In this document: piece after piece, positions 63,088-64,000 of the stretch
Position numbering within the stretch: the stretch's first letter is position 1
Layout of the letters: every line of letters starts with the position of its first letter
From: Squalus acanthias
Taxonomy: Eukaryota
NCBI GenBank assembly: GCA_030390025.1
Contig: CM059432.1
Coordinates: forward strand, 79,734,001 to 79,798,000
Length of the DNA stretch: 64,000 bases
Direction: 5' to 3'
Notes under the pieces: generated by a model
The model's input: only the letters and a program-made list of their open reading frames with translations
Database searches by the model: none
Told to the model about the DNA's origin: nothing
Position numbers and translations under genes: made by a program

Positions 63088-63200
63088 GGTTTACATTTGC
63101 AAATGCATCGCAGCTTTCCCAAGGAAATCCTTTCAATGAACTACAATCTGAAAAAAAAGTTCCCGAGCAACAAAAGTACAAAGAATATCTACGCTTACAA
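63088..63200 (+). CDS. CSPP1: CSPP1 internal exon G (phase 1 to 0), (G)FTFANASQLSQGNPFNELQSEKKVPEQQKYKEYLRLQ
   Basis: Long pyrimidine tract with tgtAG acceptor and GTAAAT donor, 113 nt. Resembles CSPP1 SPFARGNVF...QQELYKNFLRFQ. Confidence 0.88.
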
Positions 63201-63632
63201 GTAAATGCAGTTGAAGAAATTCTATTTTTATTTTCCATTGAACTCCCTTTCTGCTTCTCTACCCTTTAAATTATAGCTGTTCTGCTTTACCTGCAAGAAT
63301 GGACAAATAGTCAAGGATATCTTCTGTACTAATTACACACTGTACTAAGCTAAGCTAACTCTGATATGGAGTAGAATATAAGCTTCAAGATCATCTTTCT
63401 TTGTGTTTTTATAAACCAATTTTCTTCCCTCTTTATTCCTGAAAGACACTGACTCCTTCCTGGGTTACAAATCTATGGGTGTTGGTTGTCCTCATGGTAC
63501 TTCATGCAAATGGTTTTTGTTCCAATCTGAATGTTGAGGGTGAGTTTTGGCATACAATTCAACCATGATGCACTTCAGAACCAAACCCAATTCTGATCTT
63601 GTTTGAGATCCATAAGTGCACACTTACACTAT

Positions 63633-64000
63633 GGCTGCAATTTTGCCGGTGCTCAGGGCGGGTTTGGAGACAGGTTGGGAGTTAAAATCCAAATGATTGA
63701 CGGAGTGTTGCAAACCCGCCGCCATCCCGCCTCCGCGCAACTTTGCAAAGTGTTAACTGCCTAGATAATCCCATTTTTACTGGCTCTTCCCATTTTACAA
63801 CATTTTCAGCGTGTTGCTATTCGTGCAACAAATACGCTAGCTGTTTGTGCCGGGTTCAGCAACTAGCTGAATTGTTGACAACTGCTCCTGTAGCATAAAA
63901 GCCGACCAGCAACATTGCTCACTTTCAAATGACAGAACTTTATGCTTTGAGGTTTTGGAACACATTTTGCAGGTCTATTGAGCTTGAGTGTTTAAGCTGT
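63633..64000. mobile_element. Left end of a probable Harbinger-type element running off the window
   Basis: Starts GGCTGCAATTTTGCC followed by GGCGGG/CCCGCC subterminal motifs as in the other copies. Confidence 0.55.

Noticed and set aside
1..64000. Prokaryotic-type systems (CRISPR array, retron, DGR) suggested by the many RT ORFs
   Set aside because: All RTs are CR1/L2 non-LTR types with APE endonuclease in a spliced vertebrate gene, and there is no regularly spaced repeat-spacer array.

Overview
Vertebrate genomic DNA, most likely from a cartilaginous fish (shark-like). This is inferred from the dominance of CR1 LINEs and a SacSINE1-like DeuSINE. The window lies inside one + strand host gene, CSPP1 (centrosome and spindle pole associated protein 1). 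Seven internal exons with canonical AG/GT ends and mutually compatible phases splice into a continuous 972-nt (324-codon) frame; the six-frame ORF track mostly misses them. The introns are largely transposon-derived: many nested CR1 LINEs (one ORF2 broken by a single stop), L2 and a second LINE lineage, a DeuSINE, at least seven PIF/Harbinger-type non-autonomous elements with an apparent target preference, two hAT elements, LTR-like sequences, and Penelope fragments (one with a degenerate hammerhead ribozyme, one a fold-back hairpin). I see no clearly new biological system. The most interesting signals are the Harbinger target-site bias, the Penelope ribozyme and hairpin, a templated inverted insertion, a local inverted duplication, and inverted repeats bracketing CSPP1 exons. 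Boundaries of degenerate elements are approximate; family names come from recalled motifs, not a database search.
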